Positions 32,903 through 63,869 of a stretch of DNA of 64,000 nucleotides are shown one piece after another. This stretch comes from Amoebidium appalachense. Its lineage: Eukaryota; Protista; Ichthyosporea. The DNA is taken from NCBI GenBank assembly GCA_963693365.1, contig CAVNZM010000002.1, forward strand, positions 8,653,059 to 8,717,058. Direction: 5' to 3'. The position numbers and the translations under genes are program-made. The notes below the pieces were generated by a model that saw only the letters and a list, made by a program, of their open reading frames with translations, did not search any database and was not told the origin of the DNA. Numbering within the stretch: the stretch's first letter is position 1; each line of letters opens with the position of its first letter.

Positions 32903-33235
32903 GGAGGAGGGGGTTAGAAGGAAAGGGGGAGGGAGGGGGGAGGGGGGACGTGGGGGAAAAACGTTGCGATTTCAATTCAGCTGTGTATGTGGTGGTGGTG
33001 GTGGGGGGGGGGGGGGGGGGGGGGGGGGGCACTCTGCCTTGCATGCCAGAGTGAAGGCCTATAGATAAAGTTGGTGCAACGTTCATCCACACAAACTGAA
33101 AGGACGGAACGGAGAGGCAAAGAGTGGGAGGGAAAAAATCCCTACCTGAATAATGTGGAAAGTTTCACAGGAAAACCCCCCACACGGAAATTTATCCGCT
33201 TGGTACAGGTCGAACGTGCAGCCTGGGGTGACCAT
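29644..33235 (-). CDS. 7-transmembrane GPCR, cAMP-receptor-like (Dictyostelium cAR/Crl, GPR157/Git3-like class), ~458 aa
   Basis: Exons 33235-33146 (ATG), 32339-31473, 30063-29644 join in phase 0 at GT-AG sites. Seven hydrophobic segments; TM2 ICTSDLL, TM3 GCHVIGFVWEFAVLSNVL, ECL2 YGIKRDRC, long ICL3, TM6 FSIQWLPYSVY, TM7 NLGGIFDAVLY. Subfamily assignment is from motif recall. Confidence 0.85.
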
Positions 33236-34788
33236 GGTTGCTATCGGCTGAGTTTTCAATCTAAGAAATCTATCTGGGGTCCAAAAACCCGTTAAAAATG
33301 GTTTTGCTCTCTTTAGAGTCAGAGAAGCCTGTGTAAGGTAAGAATCTGTCTGCGTATTTTTGGCGGTGAGCGAATAATTCCTTTTTTGGTGTTTTCTCCT
33401 TTTCCCTCGCCAAATCGTTAACACTGTGGTTCGAAGTTTCCGGATTTGACTCGCGTAATCATCAAAAAAAAAAAAGAAAAAAAAAGAAAAAAAAAGACGG
33501 GTGATGTGCTGATTGTATTTTAACTCTGCTGGATTTTTGCAGATAAAAGAAAAAGGGAAAAATAATACCCCTCTAGCCGGCGGGGCTCTGCAATGTTTTT
33601 TCGCTTTCATTCAACTTTTGTTTCCTTTATGAAAAAAAATCCGGAAGCGATTAAAATTATTTCGATGTGTGTGCGCCACGATTGAGTCACGGTTATAGCT
33701 CCACCAACGAAGGGAGGGTCGAAAGGAGGGAGGGTCGAGGTGCAAAGGGGAGGGGAGAGGGGGGGGGGATGGATGATAAAGAACAAAAACCAAGTTGGTA
33801 TGCCAATGGTATTTAAGTGTCGTCGGATTAATTGAAAAACTGACTCCTTGGCCCGAGAATCGAGAGCTTTAAGGGGTTTGCAAACAGTTAATCAAATATA
33901 ATGGTTCAAGCACGATTTTGCATGTTAACGGTACCGGTGACAAAAGAATGTTTGCCTCAACCTTTTAAATTTATGGGCCCTGTACTGTTCCTAAGGCTTT
34001 CGTTTGTTTGCTTACTAAGCATAGAGAAAGGAGAGATCGAAGAGGGGGAGAGAGGAGGGTTTGATATGGGTTGTGAGGATGTATGTGAAAATTACAGGTG
34101 TTGGAAGCTCACGAGTGCAAAGTGACAGTTTCTTCCTTTCTTCCCCACCCTCATCCTCCAAGTCTTGCCACAAATGCAGCGATGATTTGCCGAATTGCTG
34201 TTGCATAATGGACCACAAACAAACGTTCCTTTCCTTTTATGGACTATTTTCTTGACCTTCTTACCAAGACCACGAGCCTGACTTGCCATATATGGTACCA
34301 TTAAACTTATCATATATGGTACCATTAACGCTTGGGGTAGCGGAGCACTGCAGCCCGGGAAACAACCCAATCCTCATTTGGTATGTTCTGCATTCTGTCA
34401 CCCAGAACACGAACACGAACCTACCTTATTTGGTACAGTTGTCCGCAGTAATGCCAAAGCTTTGGAACACCAGCACCGTGTAAAACGCTGTGAAATATGA
34501 AGTCAAGTGATTGATTGCTCTGTCCACAGCTCAAAATTGCAAGGCAACGAATTGAACATGACAAATACTCAACACGCACACGTGAAAAATCACATGAAAC
34601 GACATTTTTGTGATATGCGTTCACGTGTTGCAAGCGAGTGGAAAGAATGCACACGCGTTGTGCGCACGCGTCGTACCACGTCGTGCAAGCTGCGACATGT
34701 CACGCACAACGCACATGTGTCCGAGGCGGACACAACGTGTGGATGTGCCCGTGCATTTCCACACGTGCATCGATCCGCACAAACTTAC

Positions 34789-34834
<46 letters not shown>

Positions 34835-35140
34835 GACACCGTGTGCGTACGTGCACCACCCAGTGTATTCTAACCGTGTGCCGTCGTGGTCTAATTAGCT
34901 GATCCATGGACACGTACGTATAACGTTACTATGATACATGTGGAGTCACACACGTGTGCCTGCAAGTGTATCACTCGTCTGCCTCACGTGCGTGCACGAA
35001 CACCGTGCACTAGCCACGGCCCGAAGGCAGACTGGGCATCCTTTCAAAGCATTTCAACCTGGGCATCGCGACTCAAAAGAGTTTTTAAGCATGTTGAACG
35101 TGTGTATATGTATGTGTGTGTGCGTGTGTGTGTGTGTGTG

Positions 35141-35177
<37 letters not shown>

Positions 35178-36002
35178 TGGGCACAGCCCAGGAGCTTTGC
35201 GGCATATAGATCAGAACACACAAAACTTAGAAACGACTAAAAAAGTAAGTATATGTGTCGGGTATACGTACGTAGATTTGCAGAGTAAAGTATACGGTGA
35301 AGTGGTTGGCACGCTATGTAAAACCGTACAACACACTGCGGGCGACACCCATCATCGGGCATGCGCAACGTTCGGGAACAGTGTAGATTTAAAATTATAA
35401 CTTTGAAAGTTTATTGGGTCACAGAATTCGATATCTTTGTAGTGCGACAAAACATAAATTACGTGCTTAAAGATTGGTGATGATACATTCATACAGAGCT
35501 CTGTAGAAGTTAGAATAACTGTTACATTGTGACCAAGGTCCACGGGCATGTGTGTGTGTGTAACGTGTGTGTGACGTGTGTGTGTGTGTGTGTGCGCGCA
35601 CGCGTGCGTGCGTTCACGCCCGGCCGTGTGTGTGTGCTTTCCAACACGCTTGTGTCTTACACTTGCGCAAGCCTATCATAACTGGTACGCACATGCAATC
35701 AGTAATACCAACACACCACCCACTCTATCACAACAACAGCTAACCAGGTTATCTCACACAAACAGATATACGATTAAAAATCGGCTATACATACACACTG
35801 TGGCAAGAGTTAGATAACAAGGGAGAACGTGAAACTAACCTACAGCGCACCACGGAGACAGATTTGCTTTGGGATATAACATTGAGATAACAGGTCGCAA
35901 AAACGGCGCAAATTCATACAGCAACCATCATTCGCAAATAGACAAACTGAATGGCTATAGGGGAAATGTATGAATAGACCGACAGGAAAAGAATGGACAA
36001 AT

Positions 36003-36036
<34 letters not shown>

Positions 36037-36084
36037 TAATGATGGAAGGCAAGGAGAAAAAAAATATTAAAGTGTACATCAAGC

Positions 36085-36120
<36 letters not shown>

Positions 36121-36203
36121 ATTAGATTATTCGAAACGAACGAACGAAAAAAAAAAAAGAGAGCCAACAGCCCACGCCAAAACAACCAAAAATGTGAAGG
36201 AAG

Positions 36204-36270
<67 letters not shown>

Positions 36271-36420
36271 AAAAAAGAAAAAGTCCAAGCCCAAGCGAAA
36301 AGAATCAAATCAAAAGTGAGCAGAATAGACGGGGAGGGAAAAACAAAAACAAGAAAAATAAAAAAAGGAAAAGAAAGGAAAAAAAAGAGAGAGAGAGACA
36401 GAAAAAGAAAAAGAAAAAAA

Positions 36421-36452
<32 letters not shown>

Positions 36453-36537
36453 GATATATTGCGAGAAACGAAGAAAAAAATAATAGAAAACGGGGAAGGG
36501 AACAAATTCTTTAGTTTTATAAGACAAAGGTATTCAT

Positions 36538-52809
<16,272 letters not shown>

Positions 52810-52842
52810 CTTCGGGCGGGCGCAGTACAACCTACTGCCCCT

Positions 52843-52894
<52 letters not shown>

Positions 52895-53022
52895 AGAGAG
52901 AGGGAGAGGGAGGGAGAGAGAGGGAGAGGGAGAGAGAGAGCGAGAGAGAGAGAGGGGGGGGGGGGGGAGAGAGAGAGAGAGAGGGAGAGAGACCCAGAGG
53001 GAGAGAAGGGGGGGGGGGGGAG

Positions 53023-53054
<32 letters not shown>

Positions 53055-53556
53055 GTGAGTGAGAGAGAGCCTCTGAGAGAGAGGGAGGGGATGTGGAGGG
53101 AGAGAGAGTGTATGTGTGACAGAGAGAGAAAGACAGAGGGTGTGAGAGAGAAAGAGAGAGTTAGAGAAAGACAGACAGGGAGGAAGAGAGACCGAGAAAA
53201 AAAAGGGAGAGGGAAAGTCTCAGTAGAAGTAAATGATGTCACGAAAGTAAAATATGTTCGTCCAAGGAACCGGTTTGGAAGGTGGGGAAAGGAGCGCCTA
53301 GGGGTGGTGGTGGTTGACAGGAAGAGAGCAACAAAGGAGAAAATGGAACCGAAAGAAACAACCTCTGGACATCCCACGCCCATGCATGGACACACAAAAA
53401 ACAATAAGGCAAGCCCACGCATCATGCTTGATATGGGACATGTCACTGCTCCACTAAGAAATGACTCTGGGGATGCACGTGTCTCACGTCATTGGAGTCA
53501 CTGACTCAGCGGTCGTGCGTGTGTGCGTTTATGTGGTGTGCATGTGTGCATGTGTG

Positions 53557-53598
<42 letters not shown>

Positions 53599-56500
53599 TG
53601 TGGGTGTGTGGGTGGGTGTGTGTGTGGGGGTGGGTGGGTGGGTGTATGCGCACGCGCTTGTGTGTGCGTGCAAAGGTGGGGCACATCTTTATGCCACAAA
53701 GCACTGACAAAGCCAGATGAATAAAAAAAACAAAAGGAGAACACTCATTCTCAGCGACAGGTTTGGGATGTGGACACCACCAATGCTTATGTCGTCTGCA
53801 ACAACTTTCTCTCACCCTGCCCTCCCTGCCTACGTCACCCCCCCTTCCCCACTACTTTACCACCACCCCCACCCCAAACCCCCTATCCCTCTCTCCCCCC
53901 CTGCTGCCCCCCCCCCCCCCCCCCCCCAACCCCCTCCCCCCACACACACACACCTCTCCCTCCTTCTTTTTATCCATTTCCCTCCACACAACACCTTAAA
54001 CACGGGCAACCCGTCCCAAGTATGCCCACGTCACCCAAGATTGTGAATCCTCTCCAGATAATGTTCTTCACAGCCCTCTGCCAGTGCCAAGAACCACACC
54101 AAAACCCACAAAACCCTTAGATGTCCACAAAAATTAAACGGAACGCCACACACACACACAAACTCTTCCAGTTGCTACGCAGCTGCGTGGTCATTAGCGA
54201 GGGAGAGAGGGCGAAACAGATGTGAAACACAGCAGGATTAGGACATCATACCTGTGTCAGAGCTTAGCCACCCCAGTCACAGCGTGCCGTCATGGTAAAA
54301 ACTGGAGAATACAACCCTTCACGCCCTGTGCTTCTTCTGGACACGGCAAAGACTTTCCGAAAAAAATGACTGGAAAAAAACAGGTAAGGTATGTATTGCT
54401 CGAACTTCTTCGTTGTATACAGAACCAAAGGTAAACTTGAGGTCAGAGATTAACAATCCAGAAACTGGAGGGACAGGCCGTGTTTTTTTGCCCTCTAAAA
54501 CATAATGAAGGTCTGGCCGTGGCGATTTTGGGCAAAAAAGATCGAATATTTAAAGCAGAAGCCTGGTAGACTGAGCATTAGAGCGTGTCAGCAAAATGTG
54601 ACTGGATGGACGCAGCAAGCGTTCTACCAAAAAATGATTTCCTGAAAACTCCGGTTTGTCTTTTATCTCGTATGTGCAGAATGAAATACTCACGGAGAAG
54701 GTGGTGAATTTCTACACTGCCATGGCATCCTGGTCAGATCGATCCCCTTTTGGCATATAAGCTGCGTGAACGAGAGGGAAACAAGCTTGCGGTAAAAGAC
54801 AAATGTGATGTGTGTTTCTTCAGCTCGAGAAGTAAAACTGTCCGTATTTTTAGGCACACATGCATCAAAATCACTGAAAACATAAGCTTTCAAAAGTGTG
54901 TAAGAGAAAGGAAAATGGTTACATAACAGCGTTGTGGTAAGGACAGAAATGCCAACAGAGGGGTCGCCTAGTGTAGCCTAATGTGCGAGCTTACAACAAC
55001 CAAGCGTACTAAGACGTATACGATCTCGCTTTAGCGATTATTTAGCGATGAGACACGGTGGTCGTGTAATCGCTTTCGCTCAGTACTCGCGATTGAGTTG
55101 CAGGTTGCGATTGTATTTTGTTTTGAAATGCGGCGCGAATGGACCATTATCTCATTGGCTTGCCACACCACTTTGGAAGTTCGTGCACTATCGAGGCTAT
55201 CATTTATTTATTTTTTTCAGAGGGCTGTGCACAAAAAAAGCATCGTCTTATAAATTTGTTTTTCCTGTGCAAAAGTTGCAAAAAGAGGAAATTTATGAGC
55301 AAAACTGCTACAAGGCTAATAGGCAGGACTCACGTTCTCCATGGGGTCATCTTACACACGTGCACTCTGACACGGATACCCCTCTGAATTGCTGTCTACT
55401 AAATAACCCTCCTTCTCCCCCCCCCCCCCCCCCCTCCTCTTCCCCGTCCAATCTGCTGTATACTCCTTTCCCCCCCCATCTCTCCCCTCCCTCCCTCCCC
55501 CCCCCCCCCCCCTCCCCCCCCCCCCCCCCCCCCCCCAAGCCCCGTCCTGCCGCAGCCTGACACAACAACGCATGAAGAGGTGCATGTATTTCATCTTCAC
55601 TGCAGCACAAACACGATGCACACGGAAATGCACTCTCAAAGCTGTGTCTAAACTGTTGTTTAGTTATTGCCGGCGGTATCAATACAAAAGCAAAGTAACC
55701 ATGCATTTTCACGATGGTTAGTAATAAATTTGCAGACTTAGCACTCCAACGTGCGAAAGCATGCCTGCTTCTCCACGTGCACCTGTCATCATATGACAAC
55801 CTGCTCTCCACGTCACGGTACAGAGGCACAAACTCATACTCACACGCACGCAAGCTCACACCGCACTCGTGTGTGCAGGCACTGCATCGCACGTGTACAA
55901 AAGGAGGAAAACCACTGACTGATTGCTGCTATGTAGCTTGGTCGTTTCACTTTGGGACACCACAACAACCAAGCAAGCAATGTTTGTGAGGCAGGTTTGC
56001 TCACATGTGCACGGTAGGGTGTGTACATACTCTACGTAGCAAGCTTACTAATATAGAAAGGTTGATCAAAAACATGCACAGTTCCAGTATCTATAAAGCA
56101 GCCCCTCTGAAAACGGGTTTCCTTTGCGCAAACGTAGTGCCCCTCAGAGCTCTGCCCTTTTGAGCGGTTTCACCGAACTGTGGCCATAAAACCAAGCCAT
56201 GTTGCCGAAATCTCCTGACCCCGTATACATAGGCTACACATACCAGCACAGCCTGACTCTGCCTACCTAAACTCACCCAACAGTGAAGCAAGTCATGCAT
56301 AACTAAGGCAAAGTCTCGCGCTCTCTGTCATCCGGACAATAAACAGATGCGCCATTTTCGCACTGACCTGCACTTATAACTATGATGAAGGGACAGAAAG
56401 GGACACAAACGGTCAGGCAGGGTTCACAAGCTCAAGTAACGGACTGCACGAAGTGAACCAGCAACCACTTCATGATGCATCAAAATAGCGATAGATAAAA

Positions 56501-57199
56501 ACAGAGGAGAGAGCGACTGAAGGTGACAAACATGGCACAAAACCTTTAGGTGCCACTACGAGAAGACCTGGTGGCATAAACTTAGGGCACAGAAACAAGA
56601 CTGGGCAATCATTTGTTCCACACAGAAACAAGACTGGGCAATCATTTGTTCCAAAGTTACTGAGCAGGGTATATCCGATGGCAAAGGATCTTGAAAAGGT
56701 GTGAGTGCCTTCGCCAGCAAGACACTTCCCCAGTTCAGCTTTTAGGGCTGCTAAGGTACATAGTGAAATCATTCAGGTCGCCTCCGTACAAGATAACCTA
56801 TCTCAAGACAAGGGGTTGGTGAGTATCAATACTATTATATTATATTAGAGCTAAGCTTCTTCAGACCGTCACGCACGCACAGTTAGCAATTGCCTGGCAG
56901 CAAGTACCTGACATGCTGGCGTCAGATCTTTGAGTTCTAAAGAAAAGAAACAGTACCTACGGAGCGTAGGGTTTATCAGTTAAACCTAGCCATAGTTTGC
57001 ACTAAAGCTATACACAAAAAAAATAGGAATATAGTCCATGTATACGCATTATACAACTACAAACAATGAACTATTCCGTGAGTCACCTTTACCACCTTTA
57101 CGTCGGGTATTCCAGTGTTGGGTTCCTTGCAGGAGGCCTGGCGCAGATCTTCGAAGGCGGCCTTACATAGTAAGCAGCGTTACGCAAGTGGAATGTGTA

Positions 57200-57390
57200 T
57201 GACTCAGTATGAGACTGCACAGGCCAATCATACTAGCGAATCTAAATGGTTTCGCATTCCTGTGGTACCATTTTATCTCTGGAATGTATTGCCATCCCAC
57301 CTGCGTTGGCCAACTTCGAATTCGTCATGCAGGCACGAAATAGCCTACAAAAGCATACTCAAAACATTGATAACTTTGCAAACTTAGGCC
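57200..57390 (+). mobile_element. Possible degenerate LINE (CR1/L2-like) ORF2 C-terminal remnant
   Basis: Translation FYLWNVLPSHLR...SNSS...YKSILKT resembles the LWNxLPxxLR...FKxxLKT tail of CR1/L2 ORF2 proteins; no RT core seen. Confidence 0.3.
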
Positions 57391-57468
57391 ACATCTACAA
57401 AAGTTATACGTCATTAATGACCTCACAAATGCCAAACTAGGGGTATACCCCAGAACCGAGCACCGAAT

Positions 57469-58053
57469 GTCCGAAACGCGTAGTCACTCGTTTGTCATGG
57501 TCAGTGATATTCCATAAACTCTCAAAACTTCCGTTATGAGGTTGAATGAGTTTGGAAGCTGAGGACCAGCAAGCTCTGGGGGTCCTGTAAGGTTTAATAA
57601 GCCTTTCTCTTTGTCTCCATCTTTCCACAAACATTGGTAGAATTGTCAATTACGAGTTCACGGTGTTGTTTGGGTCACGGGTGCTGTGTTTTATGATGTT
57701 GAATCCTGGGACCGAAAGTCCGAAACGCGTAGTCACTCGTTTGTCATGGTCAGTGATATTCCATAAACTCTCAAAACTTCCGTTATGAGGTTGAATGAGC
57801 TCGGAAGCTGAGGACCAGCAAGCTCTGGGGGTCCTGTAAGGTTTAAAAAGCCTTTCTCTTTGTCTCCATCTTTCCACAAACATTGGTAGAAAGCTCGGAA
57901 GCTGAGGACCAGCAAGCTCTGGGGGTCCTGTAAGGTTTAAAAAGCCTTTCTCTTTGTCTCCATCTTTCCACAAACATTGGTAGAAATGTCAATTGCGAGT
58001 TCACGGTGTTGTTTGGGTCACGGGTGCTGTGTTTTATGATGTTGAATCCTGGG
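57469..58053. repeat. Nested tandem duplication (blocks A-B-C-A-B-B-C) just upstream of the RGS gene
   Basis: A = GTCCGAAACGCGTAG... (57469, 57718); B = GGAAGCTGAGGACCAGC... (three copies); C = TGTCAATT(A/G)CGAGTTCACGG... (two copies); copies nearly identical. Confidence 0.92.
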
Positions 58054-58189
58054 TACTTTGATAGAACCACATTCCTACGCTGCTTCTTCACAGATTATAG
58101 AAAGCCCCTCATTGTATCACTCTGAATTTCTTTCCCCACCTTTTTTCATAAGAACTTCGCGTTTTTTCCGGGAGGGTGTTCTAATCACC

Positions 58190-58493
58190 ATGGCTGCAAC
58201 CGTTGCACCTTATCACATGTCCAATCACTCGAGGACCGACTCAGCAGGAAAAAAAACTCATGAGAAAGAGATGTTTCTCGTATTGGAGGATGCCGTTACC
58301 AGCGCCAAATTCCTTAAGTTTTTGGAATTGGAATTCAACTCTGAAAACTTCGAATTCATCCGGGATGTTCAATCGTTCAAAGAAACTGAAGAAAGGGGAC
58401 TGCTGGAGTCCGCTGCGCTGCAGCAGCAGGCCTTGGTTATATGCGACAGGTGGGTGTATAGGTCGGGGCGGGGGAGGGGGGAGGGGGGGGAAG

Positions 58494-58527
<34 letters not shown>

Positions 58528-59011
58528 GGGACGTGGTTGCATGTGTTTGGGTGGGGATGAGGGGCGTGCTGGCGAAAGGTTTTCTGTTAGATCGGGGAGG
58601 TAAAGGTAGATATGTGCGTGTGTATGTGTATGTGTGTGTGTGAGTGTCCATGTGTGTACTTGCGTGTGTGTGTTGTGTGCGCGTACGAGTATGAGTGCGT
58701 TTTGGTGCGTGTGTTCCTGCTGATATGCATCTGCTGACACTCTGAACCTGCCCTTCCCTCCACTCCCCTCCCCCCCCCCCCCCCCACCCACCAACCCACC
58801 CACTCCCCCCCTCCTCCCCCCCCTCTCCCCCCAGCTCGGCCCTTCCCATCTCCACCCGCCAAGCACACACGGTGTGTAAGCGCACATCTGGACACATAAC
58901 CCGCTTCCCCGTCCCGCTCGACACACACCACTTCACCGTGCATACACAAACATCCAATACACACACGCAACCACAGATATACCACACAAACGCTCGCGCG
59001 CGTGTGCGCAT

Positions 59012-59075
<64 letters not shown>

Positions 59076-60459
59076 GCAACACACACACACACACCCACAC
59101 ACACACACACGAACACACACACACCCACCCACCCACACACACACGCGCGCACGCAAATCCTGCAAACCCCCCCACCCCTTCCCCCCTTCCGAACCTCAGC
59201 CCCTTACCTCCCCCCCCCCCCTCTCGCCGGCCCCCTTACACACAAAACGAAGCGCGCACACACACTCACACACACACACACACGAACACACACACACACA
59301 CACACACACATACACACGTACACAGGTACATCCGTGTCGACAGCCCCCGCCAGATCAACATCTCTGAGCAGGTCCGCCTGAACGTCATTGACGCAGTCGA
59401 CGTCAAAAAGCGGAGCGACAGTTCCATTTTTGACGATGCGAAAGCGCACGCGTTCCACTTGCTAAGAACCGACGTATACCCGAGATTTCTTCGCCACCTG
59501 CAAGCAGTGCAATCGACCGACGATTTAACCACCTTCCCCCAGACAAAGGCGGGCGCTCTGAGGAGAGCATCGGCGATCCCGTCACCCAGTGAGTTTTTGC
59601 GCTCCTTCATCCCCCCCCGCCCCCTCTCCCCCCCTCCCCCTTCCCCTTCCCCCCTCCCCCCTCCCAAAAAAAAACCAAAAAAAAAAACACAAGGGGATAG
59701 CTGGTTTTCCTCAAACGGTTATAGATATATATATATTTAGGCGCGGCACCATATATGGTGATTAACTAACGAAACTGCCGAGTTCGAAACTATGCCTTGC
59801 ATATCAATACACACTTTGGCCCAAAACAGGGGTGTTGATACGCGAGGGACCCTGTACTCCCATCACAGTTCTCGACCACAGCATGGGGGAATATTGGGGA
59901 AATTTAGCTTTCCCCATATACTACCAGTCAGGGCGGGCACTGTACCATTACGCGAATGTATCAATAAGGGGGTGTATGAATGCGCGAGAGGCCCCTGTAA
60001 TTCTCATAAACATCTCACTCCCCAGCGCTCCGTGTCACCGGATCACCAGAGACCAAGGAACCACCTAAGGAACCAGCCGCAAAAGATGCCGAGGTGGGGT
60101 TTTACGGGAGATTGCGATCCGCGGCGGAAAAAGCACGGGTGACACGCAAAAAGCTGACGAAACCCGAAAACAATGTGATCAAGTCTCCAAGCGCGGAATT
60201 TGACGGAGGAAGAGCAACGATGAGGGAGGAAAGAGAAGAAAAGAAGTTGGGGTATGTGTGCATGTATATGTGGACGTACACACACACACAAACACACACG
60301 CACACGTGTACTTGTGCACACAAGCACACCAGGGCACACACGCACACACACACAAACACACCCGTGCACACGCACACACACACACACACAAAAACACGGG
60401 CACACGGACACAGAAACACACGCGGACACACGTGCACACAAACACACGCATGCACACTT

Positions 60460-60508
<49 letters not shown>

Positions 60509-60800
60509 CAGGGGCAATCACCTACACCTGCAGAGGCATATGCATGCTTGGGTTTATTGTGTGCTGGTGTTGTAGCAGAAGATGTCACCACACCCATGTA
60601 CAAAGTGTACGGTGGCACACAGAAACGGGAATACTGACACCCACAACCAGATCTGCGAGTACATGCATGCACATTACAACACGTATACATTTTCAACTTC
60701 TCCTTCCCTCTTTTCTTCAGAACACACACTCACCGGTACCCACATTAAGCTGATATATACATGCGTGTGGACTAAGTCTTGATATTCGCACTTGCCGCAT

Positions 60801-60842
<42 letters not shown>

Positions 60843-61175
60843 ACATCTACACACATCTACACACAGAAAGACGCGAGCACCTTCACACGCCCCTATTCAC
60901 ACACCCGAAACATGCATGCACATGCACGTAGGCACACGCACATACACACACACACACACACCACACGCAAAAGTGCGCACACACACACTTACATGCACAC
61001 ACTCACTCACTCACTCACACAACTAACTAACTCATGCCACTCACCCACACACTCACCCACCCAGTCATACGCAACCACACACACCATATACCCCCCCCCC
61101 CCCCCCCCTCTCTTCCCCCACCCCCCCCCCCCCCTCTCCCCCCCCCTCCCCGCAACCTCCCCCCCCCCCCCCCTC

Positions 61176-61211
<36 letters not shown>

Positions 61212-61213
61212 GT

Positions 61214-61269
<56 letters not shown>

Positions 61270-62086
61270 GCACACACACACACACACACACAGGATTTTT
61301 GGACGGAAAGGTGCAGCAGCTACCCTAGTCCCGGTGCGCAGTCGATCGACATCCGATCTAATCGGTGAGGTATCCAACCCAGATCTTCAAAGCAGCCCAG
61401 CAACGCAAAGGAAACAGCGAGCGATATCCGCACCCAAAAGCCCCAACGCAAATTCAACCACAAACATAAATCAGCCGAACGACGAAATTTCGGGCGAATC
61501 GCCAAATTCCAATATGGACACCGACGGCAGGCTTCCGGACGGAACCAAATGCACTCTCTCACGGGGGCTTAGCATATGCCGAAAGGACGCTTTATGCACA
61601 TACCTTAGCGTCATGGGGGTACCGGAGGAAGACCAAATACAAGTTTACGACACGGTCCAAAGGGCGGCCCGTCGGGTCGATTCCGAGTACGAAAAAGCAC
61701 CGAAGTGGGTTAGGTTTTTAGGTATGACCCAGTTTGAGGCGCTTGAATGGATCATCACCCAGGGGGCAAAGCGGGGTTTTAACTGCGCATCTCCTTTGCC
61801 ACAGAGGGCCCAGGGGGGTTCCAATGAATTTCAGGCAAGCGTTCAGTCCACGGGTGTCCCCGACGAATCGAGCGTAGGAGATTTGGCCGAAGGCAGCGCA
61901 AAGACCACCCCCGTTGCAAATGTGTTCAGATTTTCGCAGCCTGGGGAGACGGAGGGGGTCTGGGCATCGAACCACGGGCTGAATGATGCGGATTTCAACC
62001 TGGGGTTTGATGAGAAAAGCATGAAATTCACCGATAGGAAATCTGGGGATGCGTCGGGCACAGGTGGTGGGAGTGGTGCCATGTGA
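58190..62086 (+). CDS. RGS (regulator of G-protein signalling) domain protein with long C-terminal extension
   Basis: Exons 58190-58449, 59326-59588, 60026-60251, 61294-62086 (TGA), phase-consistent GT-AG. RGS signature [16 protein letters not shown]...[17 protein letters not shown]...[22 protein letters not shown]. Confidence 0.92.
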
Positions 62087-62108
62087 AGAACTCTAATGTG
62101 GAGGACGT

Positions 62109-62159
<51 letters not shown>

Positions 62160-62171
62160 GTGTGTGTGTGT

Positions 62172-62216
<45 letters not shown>

Positions 62217-63168
62217 GGGGGGGGGGGGGAGGGGGGAGTCATTCTGACATAAACACACTACGTGCGGAATCTCAGCGGGGCAAGGGGAGGGCGGAGAAGG
62301 GGGGGAGGGGGAGGGGGGAGGGGGGAGGGGGGGGAGGGGGGCAAACTTTGACACCGTGTATATATACCTCACAATTTATTTTCTTCCTTTGATACACCTC
62401 GTGTGGGTTTAAACCAATTCACCAAATAGCGCAACCATTTAGACATGGCAGATGGCGATGCTCTCTTGGGTTAGCCAGATTACCATCAGTGTGTGCCTTC
62501 ATATCGTTGTTTTTGTTTTTCCCCTTTTTTTTTTGTGACACAATCTTATGAAAATGTGTTATAACTACGGGGCAGGACACACTTTGTTAAGGTTTAGTGT
62601 CATGCTTGTGAGACTGATGGGCTCTTCCAAGCACCAATATGCAACCGTTGTCATTGATGGGCTAGAAAGGCCCAGGGCCTTTCTTTGTGTTGACTCCTGT
62701 GTAATAATCGCAACTTAAAAAGTATTGCTAGTTTAATGAATTTTAGTTTAAGGTTCCAGCTACCTTAATCTTTGGTTTTTGGCGCTAGTTATAAGTCTAG
62801 TGCCTGGAGTGTGCCATGCAGTATTCTGATTTCAACCGTCGTGCCCACCAATCCAAGCTTGACATAAAAACAAACCTGCTTACTCATTTTGTCCTAAGAA
62901 TAGACCTAGTCATATGACTATGTTGCCCAAAAATAGACCTCCTAGGGTCACCTGAAAAAGAGACTGTCTGAAAGGGCAGGCCTCTGGTCGCAGTGATTCC
63001 TAAAAACCTAAAAGGTTGATAATATTCGAGCTCAGTAACTTTAAGCCCGCCAGCGGCGGTGCAGATATATACATCGATGATATGGTTTCTTTCTCAGTTG
63101 CTGTTCTCGAGACGATCACTATTCAATGCCACATACTGGGAGGGGTTTTGGGGGAGGGGGGGGAGGGG

Positions 63169-63202
<34 letters not shown>

Positions 63203-63817
63203 TGGGGGATATATGTATAGTCTTGATCTTACACGCATGGACACCCTCCTAGGGTTTGGGTATTTGTATTAAAATAAAGAAAGGGAAACAAATTCTTGAA
63301 AACAAAACAAAAAAATAACTCACCAGTCGATCAAGACCACAGACCAGGCCTGAGATTGTGTATCAATTGGGTTTGTGTGTGCATGCCGTGTCTGGTGTGT
63401 CATGCGCACACATGCCGCACGCGTGTGTCTGGGGGGAAGGGGGGATCCCTCGAGGGGGGGTGGGGAGGGGGGGGGGGAGGGAGGGGGAAAGGGGACGGGG
63501 TGGGACAAGTGTACAGTAACCACAGCGAAAACGACATCACACCTTCCATTCCTACTTGCCGCTTTTAGGCCAGTCAGCAGCCGCTATTATAATGAAGATT
63601 TAGTGCCGCATAATTAATTGTGTTTTTAGTGCATGGCTGGGGGCCTGTGAGTGAGGACCCCGTAACTCCCCGGCCTTGAACCAGCATTTATATCTACCAT
63701 TTTGGCATTTGTGCGTGGAGCCTACATATGCATCGATAACGTCATTTCGTGCACACATGAATCCCCACGGGGAAGATGGAGCTCGAGGGCGCCGGCCAAG
63801 GGGATCATATCCGGGAA

Positions 63818-63869
<52 letters not shown>

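Noticed and set aside
56587-56652. 33-bp direct repeat; similar short duplications at ~30910-30977, ~34288-34330 and ~44263-44325
   Set aside because: Two-copy local slippage duplications with no further structure.
57705-57740. Hammerhead-like GGAC-CGAAA-GTCC-GAAACGCGTA
   Set aside because: Stem II and the GAAA/GUH half are present, but the CUGANGA core is missing in both copies, so it is not callable as a ribozyme.
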